A stretch of DNA of 64,000 nucleotides from a bacterium (GTDB lineage Bacteria > Patescibacteriota > Gracilibacteria > JAHISY01), in assembly GCA_021779375.1 (NCBI GenBank), contig JAJYAT010000006.1, positions 33,515-97,514 of the forward strand, in the 5' to 3' direction. Under the pieces are notes generated by a model that did no database searches, was not told the origin of the DNA, and saw nothing but the letters and a program-made list of their open reading frames with translations. The translations under genes were made by a program, and so were the position numbers. Positions 45,083 through 54,494 of this stretch are shown in pieces (positions within the stretch are counted from its first letter, which is position 1; the number at the start of each line of letters is the position of its first letter).

Positions 45083-45973
45083 ATGGCTACCACCAATCCG
45101 ATCAAGAGCCGCATCAAAATTTTGAAGACCGAATACGACCGCCTGCGCCGCGGCAAAGAAGCACTGCTACAGATAATCGATGAGGCTGAACTTTCAGAAA
45201 GCGTTTTTAATTCAAACGCAATCGAGAATTCCACGCTCACTCTCAAAGAAACAGAAAAAATTCTGCTCGATTTGGAAGTCTCGCGGAACGTTTCTGTGCG
45301 AGAAGTTTTCGAAGCCAAGAATCTTGCCCGCGTGATGGATTATGTCAAAAACAAAAAATCCGAGAAGGGTATTTCCGCTGAAAGAATTTTGCTATTGCAT
45401 CATCTGCTCGTCGGCAACATAAACGACAAAATCGCCGGAAGATTCCGACAAAAGGGCGAGTATGTCCGCGTCGGCACGCATATCGCGCCAGCACCAGAAC
45501 AGGTGGAGAGCATGATGGAAGAAATTTTAATTGGCTACGGCAGCAATCACGACGATTACTTTATCGACAAAATCGCTAAATTTCACCTTGATTTCGAGAC
45601 CATCCACCCGTTTTGCGACGGCAATGGCAGAATCGGTCGCGTCATCATAAATTGCCAACTCATGCAGCTTGGTTTCCCAAATATTATTGTCCGCGATAAA
45701 GAGAAAAAAAACTATTACCACTCGTTCGCTGAATATCGGAAATCAAAAAACACCAAAACACTGGAAAAAATTCTCGCGCTGGCTTTGACCGAGTCGCTTC
45801 ACAAAAGAAATACTTATTTGCGGGGGGCAGCGATTATTTCATTGGCTGATTTTGCCAAACAAGAAAAAAAATCGCTCAATTCTTTAATTAATTTTTCCCG
45901 ACGGCAAACTCTCCCCACCTTTCGCGAAAAAGGCGTTTGGAAAATCGCGCAAAATTATAAATTTGAATCATGA
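45083..45973 (+). CDS. fic: Fic family protein (AMPylase-type), class II with N-terminal inhibitory helix
   Basis: 296 aa. Fic motif HPFCDGNGRIGR (nt 45605-45640). Inhibitory (S/T)xxxE(G/N) motif SNAIEN at residues 44-49. Confidence 0.9.
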   Translation: MATTNPIKSRIKILKTEYDRLRRGKEALLQIIDEAELSESVFNSNAIENSTLTLKETEKILLDLEVSRNVSVREVFEAKNLARVMDYVKNKKSEKGISAERILLLHHLLVGNINDKIAGRFRQKGEYVRVGTHIAPAPEQVESMMEEILIGYGSNHDDYFIDKIAKFHLDFETIHPFCDGNGRIGRVIINCQLMQLGFPNIIVRDKEKKNYYHSFAEYRKSKNTKTLEKILALALTESLHKRNTYLRGAAIISLADFAKQEKKSLNSLINFSRRQTLPTFREKGVWKIAQNYKFES

Positions 45974-46098
45974 ATAAATCCGAAATTTCCGCCGTCAGCT
46001 AAAAAACTGGAGCATAGATTAAAATCCGAAAAAAGGCAGACGCTCGAAAATCCTGACCATCTGGAAAACAGACGAAAATAATCAATCGTACAAATAAT

Positions 46099-48435
46099 TC
46101 ACTCCAAAACCTCGAACTTGACCTGACCGGAGAGCTCGCCCGAGCGCGCGGTCACCGTGTGCTGACCGACTACGGGTTGCCATTCCGCGCGATAATCTGG
46201 CGGCAGACCGGTGCCAACTGAAACGCCGTCGATGAACCATTCCACACTACTGACACTTGAATCTGCGCGCGCTTCGAAAATAATTTTTTCGTCAGTATCG
46301 GGCACGAGCGGGTCAAGCTTAAAACTGTCGTGAACGTTTGGTTTGGTAACCGTGAGACTTGGCTCGGCGGCAGCGGACACCGTAGCCTGGCAGAGTGGTG
46401 AATGTAGTCGCGGCGGTTCGATCCAGCCGTTTTCGCGCGCCCACTTCTGTAATTCCAGCGGAAAAATCGCGAACACTTTTGTTTCAGTCGTCTCTGCCGG
46501 ACAGCCCTTGCCGAGCAGTCCATTACGCCGATCGAGCACGACTGGCTGAAAAATGTCATCGGTAACTTTGGGTTCAGTGCCAGCAATGAAAGATTCTGTG
46601 AGTGTCTGCGGGCAATACTCCGTCGGCAATTTCCCAGACAGGCGGCAAATCGTCGCCTGAATGATCCCCGCTGGTCGCGCGAAATTGTGTGGCGGCAGGC
46701 CGCGCGTCGCCGCGAGCATGACTTCATGAAAAATCGGACCTGCGCCCGTGACGCCGGAAGTTCCGCGCATCGGCGAATTGTCCGCATTGCCGACCCAGAC
46801 TCCGACGATGCGATCCGGCGTGAAACCGATTGTCCAATTATCGCGTGAATTGCGTGTCGTGCCTGTCTTGGCAGCAACCGGGAAATCGAAAGAGAGTGGC
46901 GAATTTTCGCCGAATTCTGGCAAGCGCGCATTTTGATCCGCGAGAATGTCGGTCACGAGCCAAGCGACACGCGCATCGAGAATTTGCGTGCCGGACTGAG
47001 TTGGTTCATTTAAAAAAATTTTCAGTGGCAGAGTCGCACCGCCGCGCGCGAAAATTCCATACGCCTGTGCCAATTCCAGCAATCGGACTTCGCCGTCACC
47101 GAGTGTCAGTGCCAAACCGTAAAATTCCGGATCTTGATCAAGTGTCGTGATGCCGGCGGATCTCAGCAAATTTAATAATTTTTCTACGCCGACCGATTCG
47201 AGTACTTTGACTGCCGCGATATTGTAAGAATTCGCCAGCGCCTCGCGGTAGCGCACCAGTCCGTGATAGCCGTAATCGTAATTGCGCGGAATGTAGGGAT
47301 TACCTTCCTGTGTGAAAAATTGCGTCTCGATATCGGCGACGGTGGTAGCTGCCGTCTGTCCAGCCGCGAGTGCGAGCGCGTAAGTGAAAGGCTTCAGCGC
47401 TGAGCCAGGCTGGCGGGGCGCGACCGCGACATTCACTTGACCATTATTTTGCGTGTCCCAATAATCCGCCGAACCAAGCAGTGCGAGCAATTCACCTGTG
47501 TGCGCATCAAGCACGACCACTGCCGCGTCCGTGACATTTTTGTCGGCTAATTTCGCAAGCTCGTTTTTGACAATCAACTCGATTTCGCTTTGGAGCTCGA
47601 GGTCGATGGTAGTTGCGATCTTCGCGTTAGCTGGCAATTCCTCAGCGTAATTTTGCTGGAGCCAAGCGATGAAGTGCGGCGCACGCATGGCAATCTTGTC
47701 CGACGCGAGTCTGAGCGGTTCGGCTGCGGCGCTGGTGAATTCGTCGGCGGAAATTTTATCCGTCTCGCGCAGAGCCGTGAGTACGATTTGCTGGCGCGCC
47801 TGTGCTACCTCAGGGTTCACAAATGGATCGAGATTCACGGGAGACTGCAGTAACCCAATCAATAAAGCTGATTCTGCCAGGCTGAGCTCGCCGACTTGTT
47901 TGCCGAAATAAATTTGCGCGGCGGCGGCGATGCCGTAAGCCTGATGTCCGAAGTAAGCTGTGTTGAGATAGCTTTCCAAAATCTTAGACTTGCTCATTTT
48001 TCTTTCGAGTCGCAGCGCGAAATAAGCTTCCAAAATTTTGTAAAAATAACCACGGTGCTCAGGTTGCAGACGATTGCGCACGAGCTGCTGCGTGAGGGTG
48101 CTGCCGCCCGCGACGATACGTCCCGCTTGGAAATTCAAATAAGCTGCCCGCAAAATTCCGCGTAAACTCACACCCGGATGACTGTAAAAATCGCGGTCTT
48201 CCGTCGCAAGCAGCGCGGCGATAATCGGCGGTGGAATATCTGGCAGCGCGATTTTGTCCTGCGCACCATAATCAGCACTACGCACGGAATAAAGCAGCGC
48301 GCCATCACGCGCGAGAATCTGCGTCGGTTCACGCACGGCTGGATTCGTCAGATTTTTAGGCAGTGGCCAGCAGAATAGCGCCACCAGCAAGGTCAGCGCT
48401 ATTCCCCAAACGAACCAACTTTTCTTAAATTTCAT
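46099..48435 (-). CDS. pbpC: Class A penicillin-binding protein, PBP1C-like (glycosyltransferase + transpeptidase + C-terminal Ig-like domain)
   Basis: 778 aa. GT51 motifs EDRDFYSHPG and GGSTLTQQLV, transpeptidase motifs SALKP and KTGT, and a C-terminal beta domain. The start overlaps the stop of the alpha-2-macroglobulin gene by 4 nt. Confidence 0.8.
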   Translation of the reverse strand: MKFKKSWFVWGIALTLLVALFCWPLPKNLTNPAVREPTQILARDGALLYSVRSADYGAQDKIALPDIPPPIIAALLATEDRDFYSHPGVSLRGILRAAYLNFQAGRIVAGGSTLTQQLVRNRLQPEHRGYFYKILEAYFALRLERKMSKSKILESYLNTAYFGHQAYGIAAAAQIYFGKQVGELSLAESALLIGLLQSPVNLDPFVNPEVAQARQQIVLTALRETDKISADEFTSAAAEPLRLASDKIAMRAPHFIAWLQQNYAEELPANAKIATTIDLELQSEIELIVKNELAKLADKNVTDAAVVVLDAHTGELLALLGSADYWDTQNNGQVNVAVAPRQPGSALKPFTYALALAAGQTAATTVADIETQFFTQEGNPYIPRNYDYGYHGLVRYREALANSYNIAAVKVLESVGVEKLLNLLRSAGITTLDQDPEFYGLALTLGDGEVRLLELAQAYGIFARGGATLPLKIFLNEPTQSGTQILDARVAWLVTDILADQNARLPEFGENSPLSFDFPVAAKTGTTRNSRDNWTIGFTPDRIVGVWVGNADNSPMRGTSGVTGAGPIFHEVMLAATRGLPPHNFARPAGIIQATICRLSGKLPTEYCPQTLTESFIAGTEPKVTDDIFQPVVLDRRNGLLGKGCPAETTETKVFAIFPLELQKWARENGWIEPPRLHSPLCQATVSAAAEPSLTVTKPNVHDSFKLDPLVPDTDEKIIFEARADSSVSSVEWFIDGVSVGTGLPPDYRAEWQPVVGQHTVTARSGELSGQVKFEVLE

Positions 48436-51400
48436 TCTTTGATTTCAAACCAGCGACCATCCGTCTGACCGAAAGTTTCCGGGAAGTACATTTCGTAGGC
48501 GCGCGCCGGACGGAGACGAAATTTGCCCGGCGTTGTCGCACGTACTAAGTACTCATATTCGTAGACACCCGCCGGCAAATCATCGGCGAACAAAAAGACC
48601 TGATCATCGCGCAACTCGCGATGATTGAAGCGCCAGAGATTATTTTGCCAGCATTCGTAGCTCCAGGATTTTTCACAATCATTCACCGCGCCTGCGAGGA
48701 GCGTCTGCTGACTCGTCAGCAAATTCGTGTCGATGGACTCCATGCCGGCCGGAAGCGGACTCTCGATGGCGACGAAGTGACGGTCAGCCGGAACCGTGAT
48801 TGTGAGCTTCACTCTATAAGTCTCGCCGAGTTTCGCCTCGGTAAGCGCGGGGTCGAATTCACCGGACTTCAGTGGCAAAAGTTCACGCACGATACCGAAA
48901 CCTTCTTCGGCGGGCGGCAAATCATCCGCAGTGTAAAAGTAAGAAAACAGCACATCGTAATAAAGCCGACCCGTACCAGTCTTGCTAATCTTGAGTTCGT
49001 TGTCTTTGCCTGGTTTCAAATTATTCAGAGCAATCTCGACTTCACCGCGCGTCAGAATATTTTTCTGATTGAATTGATTCGTCAAAATTTGTTTGCCATT
49101 TACGCTGACGCCAGTCGTCATATTCGCGCTGAGCTCGCCGGTATTTTTGAGGAATTCGACCAGCGCGAGAATCGACATCGTCGTGGATTGGGTCGTGTCC
49201 CAGTGTCCGTCTTCGCGCACTGCTAGCAGGTAGCGGACGATGCGCGGAATCAAAGCATTCCCAGGATCGAGACGCACGAGTGCCTGCAAAACCGTCGCCG
49301 TCGTGCGCGTGTCGGTATTCATAAGCGGACGGTAAAGATCTTCCGTCGCTTCGACGAAGCTCGCCCCGCGCGCTTCGGTCTTCACATTCGCCAAGATGCC
49401 GTCGAGTAAGGCGTGCGCTTTTTGCAAACTTTCTTCCGAGCCATATTTTTGCAGAGCCATCGCTAGCTGCGCCTGGCTGAAGAGCGGCAAATTTTTACGC
49501 TGCTCGTAAAGATTATTCAGCAAGCTGATGTCCGTACTACCGCCTTCTGCCAAGACGAAAAGAATGTAGGCGCGCGTCGCCAAATCGATTGGCTGTTTCA
49601 AATTTTGGTTGCGCAATACGCCCGTGAGGTAGCGGTGTGCACGATTCAGGACATCGGCATCGACAGCGTAGTTCGCCTTTTGTGTCTGATTTAAAGCGAA
49701 AACAATGTAGGCCGTGAGGTAAGGATAACTCTCAGTGCTTCCCGCCCAGTAGCCGAAGCCGCCATCGCCGCGTTGGAATGAATACAATTTCTGCAAACCA
49801 CTCGTAATGTTATTTTCGAGCTCAGCATCAGTCGTGATTTTGAAAGCTTCGAAGCCTTGCAATTGCGCCACCGCGATATTCGGCAAGAAGCTCGAGACGG
49901 TTTGTTCGGCGCAGCCGTAAGGAAATTGCACGAGGTAGTCGAGACCACTCGGCAAATAAGTCGCGAGTGTCGGCGAAACGGAAATGTCTAAATTGCCTGA
50001 ACTCGCTTCGTCAGTGGTCGGCGCGGACAAAGTCTCCGTCGCACTGTCTTCGGTGTAGCCGGAAGTCGCCACCGATTGCGGTGTGCCGAAAACATAGACT
50101 GGAATACTTTCTTCGATTTCATCGCGCCCTTCAGTCGTCGTCGCCTTGAAATCCAGCGTCAGCTTGTCAGTGCGACTGACGGTGATTGGGAAATTAATTT
50201 TGCTTTGACCGCCCGCTGCCACTTTGATTTTTTGAGCAGTCGCGCCGCGTGACTCGAAGCCCGAGCCAGTCAGACTCACGGCAAATTCAGCATCTTTATC
50301 GAGGAAATTGTGTACGATGGCACCGAGCTCGATCTCATCTCCGACCACCGCGAAGCGCGGACGCACCGAGCGGACAATGACTTTTTTAGTCTCGACAATC
50401 TCCTCTGCCACCGCACCAAACTCGCTCGTGCGCGTGCTGCCAATTGCGAGCAATTTCCACGTCGTCAAATTGTCGGGCAATTTGAAGTCGACCTGCGCGC
50501 TGCCATTTTTATCAGTCACGATGAGCGGATTCCAATAAGCCGTATCCTGAAAATCGCCGCGCTTGTCCGCATTGACATCGGCGCCACCACCACCTTTCGA
50601 GCCTGGTTTGAAGCGTTCGATTAAGTAAGTCAAAAGTTCGCTCGTCATGACGCCGAGTCCGCGCTCTGCATAAAAATTTTTGATCAAATCAGGCAGCTCG
50701 AATCCCGTCAGCGCCAAGACGCTCATATCGACTGTACCGAGCGAGAGCTCGGTCGCGACTGGCTGACCAGCGGCGTCAGTCGCCTGCAATTGCACGCGGA
50801 CGGTTTCGCCCGGACCGTATTTTTGTTTGTCGGTCTTGAGTGTGAGCTTAAGCTCTTTCGGTTTGGTTTCGACTAATAATTTAGCGTAACCGATTTTGAA
50901 AGCGGGTGCGCCCGTGTCGAGTCCGTTTTCATTGAAGGTTTCACCGGCGCGCGGTTTGATGATGACGACTGAGACATAAGCATTCGGAATGAGATCTTTC
51001 GTGATCGGAATTTCGAAAGTCTGGGCATTGCTCTTGATCGAGACGACTTCTTTGCGAATGATATTCTCGCGTTCAATCGTGATGAGTGCTTTGACATTCG
51101 CGCCTTGATACGGCGATTTGACGAGTAATTTCGCCGTGTCACCGACTGCGTATTCCGGCTTGTCCGCAATCACATCAATCCGGTCGTTATTTTCGTGCGG
51201 CCAATTCACGTAAGTGTCGGACCAGGCGTAAATACTCGTACTGGCTTTCGCCGCGCGACCTTTACTATCAGCCGTGCTCGCGACCGCGACATATTGTCCG
51301 CCATTTGGAACTTTGATTTTGGCGACTGCCTTGCCGTCCGCGCCAGTCGAGACGCTTGTCTCGCTGACGAAAGTATCTTTGGCTTCGTTGTCATAGTAAT

Positions 51401-54400
51401 AGCTGCCGTCCACATTTTTCTTTTTGATGGAATTCCACTCGCGCGCAAAAAGCTGAACCTTCACGCTTTGCTGAGCGAGGGCTTTGCCTGCGGGCGTGAC
51501 CGTGACAATTTTTAAGCTGGCATTTTCACCCGGTTGCACGGAATAATCTTCCGGACGAATTCCGACATAGACGCTCGATTTATGCACTGGCACAGAGACG
51601 CGATTGCTGACGATTTGATTATTCGGGTCAGTGACGTCCGCTTCGATCGTGAGCACTTGGCTGACGCTTTTATCGGCGAGATCGACTGGGAAGCTCAGAT
51701 CGAGTTTGCCGTCCGCGTCCAATTCACCGCTGCCTTCGAGCAATAAATCAGACGAACGCGTGCAGTCCCACCAGCACCAAGCGTCTTCCAGTGCGAAAGA
51801 ATACCAATCGTCAGTGTATTGATTGAAAAAATAATCGGTGGTTTTGACGCGCCAATTTACTTGCGCATTCGCGAGCGGTGCACCGAAATAGTAGGCGCCT
51901 TCAATGCCGACTTTGATTACATCTTTGTCAAAATATTCCGTCGCGGCTGGCGTCAGATCGACGCGGTATTCCGGCTTGCGGTAAGCCAGCACGGAAAACG
52001 ATGCACTGCCGTAATTATTGCCAATGTCCGCATCCGGCATGGTTTGCACGACCAAATTGTAATCTCCCAAAGCCGCCGCCGAGTCGAGTGGTAATTCGTC
52101 CGAGAAACTGCCGAATTGGGTGAGATTCAGTGTTTTGCTGTAAATCTCATTGCCTTTAGCATCGCTGATCTTGACGAGCGCCTGACGCTTTTCTCCCGGC
52201 AAATTCAGCACGCCGTCGGAATCACGCAGGCGGACGATACCTTTGAAGTGCACCGTATCGCCCGGACGATAGACTGGACGCTCGGTGTAAATGTACGAGT
52301 CCATTTGATAATTCGGAAAATCCGTTCCGCGGAAATCCGAACCGAAACCGAAACTCCACGGCTCGATGCCGTTACTCCAATTGCTGCCGATGAAGGCGAA
52401 ATCCGCACCGTGTTCCGCCGTCACCCAAAACTCCGGTTGGTATTCATTGTACGGCGTCGTGAATTTTTTGAGATCCAATTTGGTGGTGAAAAATCCGTCC
52501 GCGTCAGTCTTGCCCGTGACGACTTCTTCGCCGCCGAGCGAATTAAATTTGATCAGCGTGTCGGGTAGCGGCGCGCCGGTCTGTAGATCAATCGCCCAGA
52601 CGAGCGCCTGCCCGCCGGAATATTTCAGCGTCAGTCCGATATTTGTCAGCGCGAAATACTGATAATTGACGACTGGTGAAAAATCGCCCCAATCTTGTTT
52701 GTACTCCGGCGCCTGCAAAGTCAGCATATAAATTCCGGAGGAAAGCTTGCTCTGCGTCTTTGCATTCAGATCAAATGGAATCGCCTCCCACTCGTCATGC
52801 TTATTTTTAGTCGGTTTGAAGCTCCACTTTTGATAGTCGGCAAATTTGCTCAGATCCGGATTGAATTCATAATTCTGGCTGAACTGATTGCGAATGTCGA
52901 GAAAATCAGCCAGCGAAAGTTTGGCGAGCGCGACATCCATCCGGCTCACATTCACGGCATTCAGATAATAAATCGGCGGCTTACCGCTTTCGAAAATTCC
53001 AAACTCACCGGCGGAATGGATGAAAACTTTCGACGGAATTGGCTCGGTCTTGAAAGTGAGCGTGTAATCCTCCGGTAAATTTTGACCGAAGCGATCGTGG
53101 ACAGACTGATCGACGGTCAAGGTGTAAGTCGTGCTCGGCGCGAGCTGCAGGTAAAAACTCAGCTGATCCGGACTCCAGCTATTTGGTTCGAATTTTAATT
53201 CATCCCAACCGGCGATTTTCGGCGTGATCGAAATTTTGCCTGCCAAATCACCTTCCGGCAGTTGGTTGGAAAAAGTCAGTTGAACGTAATTGTTGGCATA
53301 ATTCCCCTCTTTCACGACCATCGCTCCGACCGTCGCGAAATCCACCGGATACTCAGTCGGACTGCCGAGCCCGCCCAGCGTGCTCATGACTCCAGACGCA
53401 ACCGTGACGGTATAATTCGCGTCGAGTGCGAGCGGCACGGCTGGCTCGACGACGAGAACCGTTTCATCCGTCACCATCTTTTTATCGACTTCCTTTTCGC
53501 CGTAGCTAATGTTTTTAATCTTGAGCGGAACTATCGAGTTCAGTTGCGGATTTTTTGGATTTAATTTTTTTTGCGCCAATGTGATTTTTTCGCCCGCGCT
53601 CTTGAGGTCGATTGGCAGATTGAAATTCAATTCAATCTTGCTGCTCGGTCCGGCTTCTTTACTGCCAGGCGCAGGATTGGTGCTTACGACCTGCGGACGC
53701 ACCGTGTCGAAGCTGAAACTAAAATCTTCTGTCGTCTGGTCGCCCGAGAGTGTCGTGAGTCCCGTCGGAACAGAGACGGTGAAGTGCGTTGCCGGCGGAA
53801 GTTTCTCCGTCGGTAAGAATTTCGCAGTCGTCGTGCCGAGCCAGCGCCAGGGCCCGGGAATTTCCGGCGTAATTTTGACCGGCCAATTCTCAGGATTTTG
53901 TTTGTTTTGGACAATTGTCAGCGGCACCATCGGTCGATCGAAGACCAAAGTGATTTCTGCGTCCACGGGAATTTCGGTGGTCTTGTCAGCAGGAGCGTGC
54001 GTAGCGAGAATCGGATCGCCGGAAACAGTGAACTGATATTCCAGCGTTTTGCCGAGACGCTGACCGTCGGCGCGCAGCGTCTGACGATCCAATTCGAATT
54101 TGTAAACCGCCTGCAAAGTCAGGCTACCGGCGGGATCGAAGACGAGCGTTTGGTTGTCGAGCCACTTGAGGTCGCCCGCGAGCCCGGCTGGAATGCTTAA
54201 ATTTTCTTCGACGCTTCGGCGATCCATCGCGAAAGGAAAACCAAAATGTAAATCCGAGCCAGTGGCAACTTTTTGATTTTGGTCGAAACTAAATTGTGGA
54301 GTGGAACTTTGCCGTAAAAATAGACTCAATCCAAGTGCCACCAAAATCACGGCACCGACGCCAAGTAGAATTTTTTGTTTAAAAAACTCAGAGCAAAATT

Positions 54401-54425
54401 TTTGCAAATTAAGGGCGGGCAGCAT
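48432..54425 (-). CDS. Bacterial alpha-2-macroglobulin family protein with intact thioester
   Basis: 1997 aa. N-terminal TM anchor, many MG-type beta-sandwich repeats, and the thioester motif FPYGCAEQTV (CAEQ at nt 49902-49913). Confidence 0.85.
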   Translation of the reverse strand: MLPALNLQKFCSEFFKQKILLGVGAVILVALGLSLFLRQSSTPQFSFDQNQKVATGSDLHFGFPFAMDRRSVEENLSIPAGLAGDLKWLDNQTLVFDPAGSLTLQAVYKFELDRQTLRADGQRLGKTLEYQFTVSGDPILATHAPADKTTEIPVDAEITLVFDRPMVPLTIVQNKQNPENWPVKITPEIPGPWRWLGTTTAKFLPTEKLPPATHFTVSVPTGLTTLSGDQTTEDFSFSFDTVRPQVVSTNPAPGSKEAGPSSKIELNFNLPIDLKSAGEKITLAQKKLNPKNPQLNSIVPLKIKNISYGEKEVDKKMVTDETVLVVEPAVPLALDANYTVTVASGVMSTLGGLGSPTEYPVDFATVGAMVVKEGNYANNYVQLTFSNQLPEGDLAGKISITPKIAGWDELKFEPNSWSPDQLSFYLQLAPSTTYTLTVDQSVHDRFGQNLPEDYTLTFKTEPIPSKVFIHSAGEFGIFESGKPPIYYLNAVNVSRMDVALAKLSLADFLDIRNQFSQNYEFNPDLSKFADYQKWSFKPTKNKHDEWEAIPFDLNAKTQSKLSSGIYMLTLQAPEYKQDWGDFSPVVNYQYFALTNIGLTLKYSGGQALVWAIDLQTGAPLPDTLIKFNSLGGEEVVTGKTDADGFFTTKLDLKKFTTPYNEYQPEFWVTAEHGADFAFIGSNWSNGIEPWSFGFGSDFRGTDFPNYQMDSYIYTERPVYRPGDTVHFKGIVRLRDSDGVLNLPGEKRQALVKISDAKGNEIYSKTLNLTQFGSFSDELPLDSAAALGDYNLVVQTMPDADIGNNYGSASFSVLAYRKPEYRVDLTPAATEYFDKDVIKVGIEGAYYFGAPLANAQVNWRVKTTDYFFNQYTDDWYSFALEDAWCWWDCTRSSDLLLEGSGELDADGKLDLSFPVDLADKSVSQVLTIEADVTDPNNQIVSNRVSVPVHKSSVYVGIRPEDYSVQPGENASLKIVTVTPAGKALAQQSVKVQLFAREWNSIKKKNVDGSYYYDNEAKDTFVSETSVSTGADGKAVAKIKVPNGGQYVAVASTADSKGRAAKASTSIYAWSDTYVNWPHENNDRIDVIADKPEYAVGDTAKLLVKSPYQGANVKALITIERENIIRKEVVSIKSNAQTFEIPITKDLIPNAYVSVVIIKPRAGETFNENGLDTGAPAFKIGYAKLLVETKPKELKLTLKTDKQKYGPGETVRVQLQATDAAGQPVATELSLGTVDMSVLALTGFELPDLIKNFYAERGLGVMTSELLTYLIERFKPGSKGGGGADVNADKRGDFQDTAYWNPLIVTDKNGSAQVDFKLPDNLTTWKLLAIGSTRTSEFGAVAEEIVETKKVIVRSVRPRFAVVGDEIELGAIVHNFLDKDAEFAVSLTGSGFESRGATAQKIKVAAGGQSKINFPITVSRTDKLTLDFKATTTEGRDEIEESIPVYVFGTPQSVATSGYTEDSATETLSAPTTDEASSGNLDISVSPTLATYLPSGLDYLVQFPYGCAEQTVSSFLPNIAVAQLQGFEAFKITTDAELENNITSGLQKLYSFQRGDGGFGYWAGSTESYPYLTAYIVFALNQTQKANYAVDADVLNRAHRYLTGVLRNQNLKQPIDLATRAYILFVLAEGGSTDISLLNNLYEQRKNLPLFSQAQLAMALQKYGSEESLQKAHALLDGILANVKTEARGASFVEATEDLYRPLMNTDTRTTATVLQALVRLDPGNALIPRIVRYLLAVREDGHWDTTQSTTMSILALVEFLKNTGELSANMTTGVSVNGKQILTNQFNQKNILTRGEVEIALNNLKPGKDNELKISKTGTGRLYYDVLFSYFYTADDLPPAEEGFGIVRELLPLKSGEFDPALTEAKLGETYRVKLTITVPADRHFVAIESPLPAGMESIDTNLLTSQQTLLAGAVNDCEKSWSYECWQNNLWRFNHRELRDDQVFLFADDLPAGVYEYEYLVRATTPGKFRLRPARAYEMYFPETFGQTDGRWFEIKE

Positions 54426-54494
54426 TGGGTGGCAGGCTAAAGCACAGCTATTTTACATAAGCCACCTAATTTAGTCTCGGGCGAAATAACTTAG

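Noticed and set aside
54426-54494. GGTGGC...GCCACC inverted repeat between the giant surface-protein gene and the A2M gene, as a possible terminator
   Set aside because: The stem is only 6 bp, the loop is about 27 nt and there is no U-tract. This is too weak to call.
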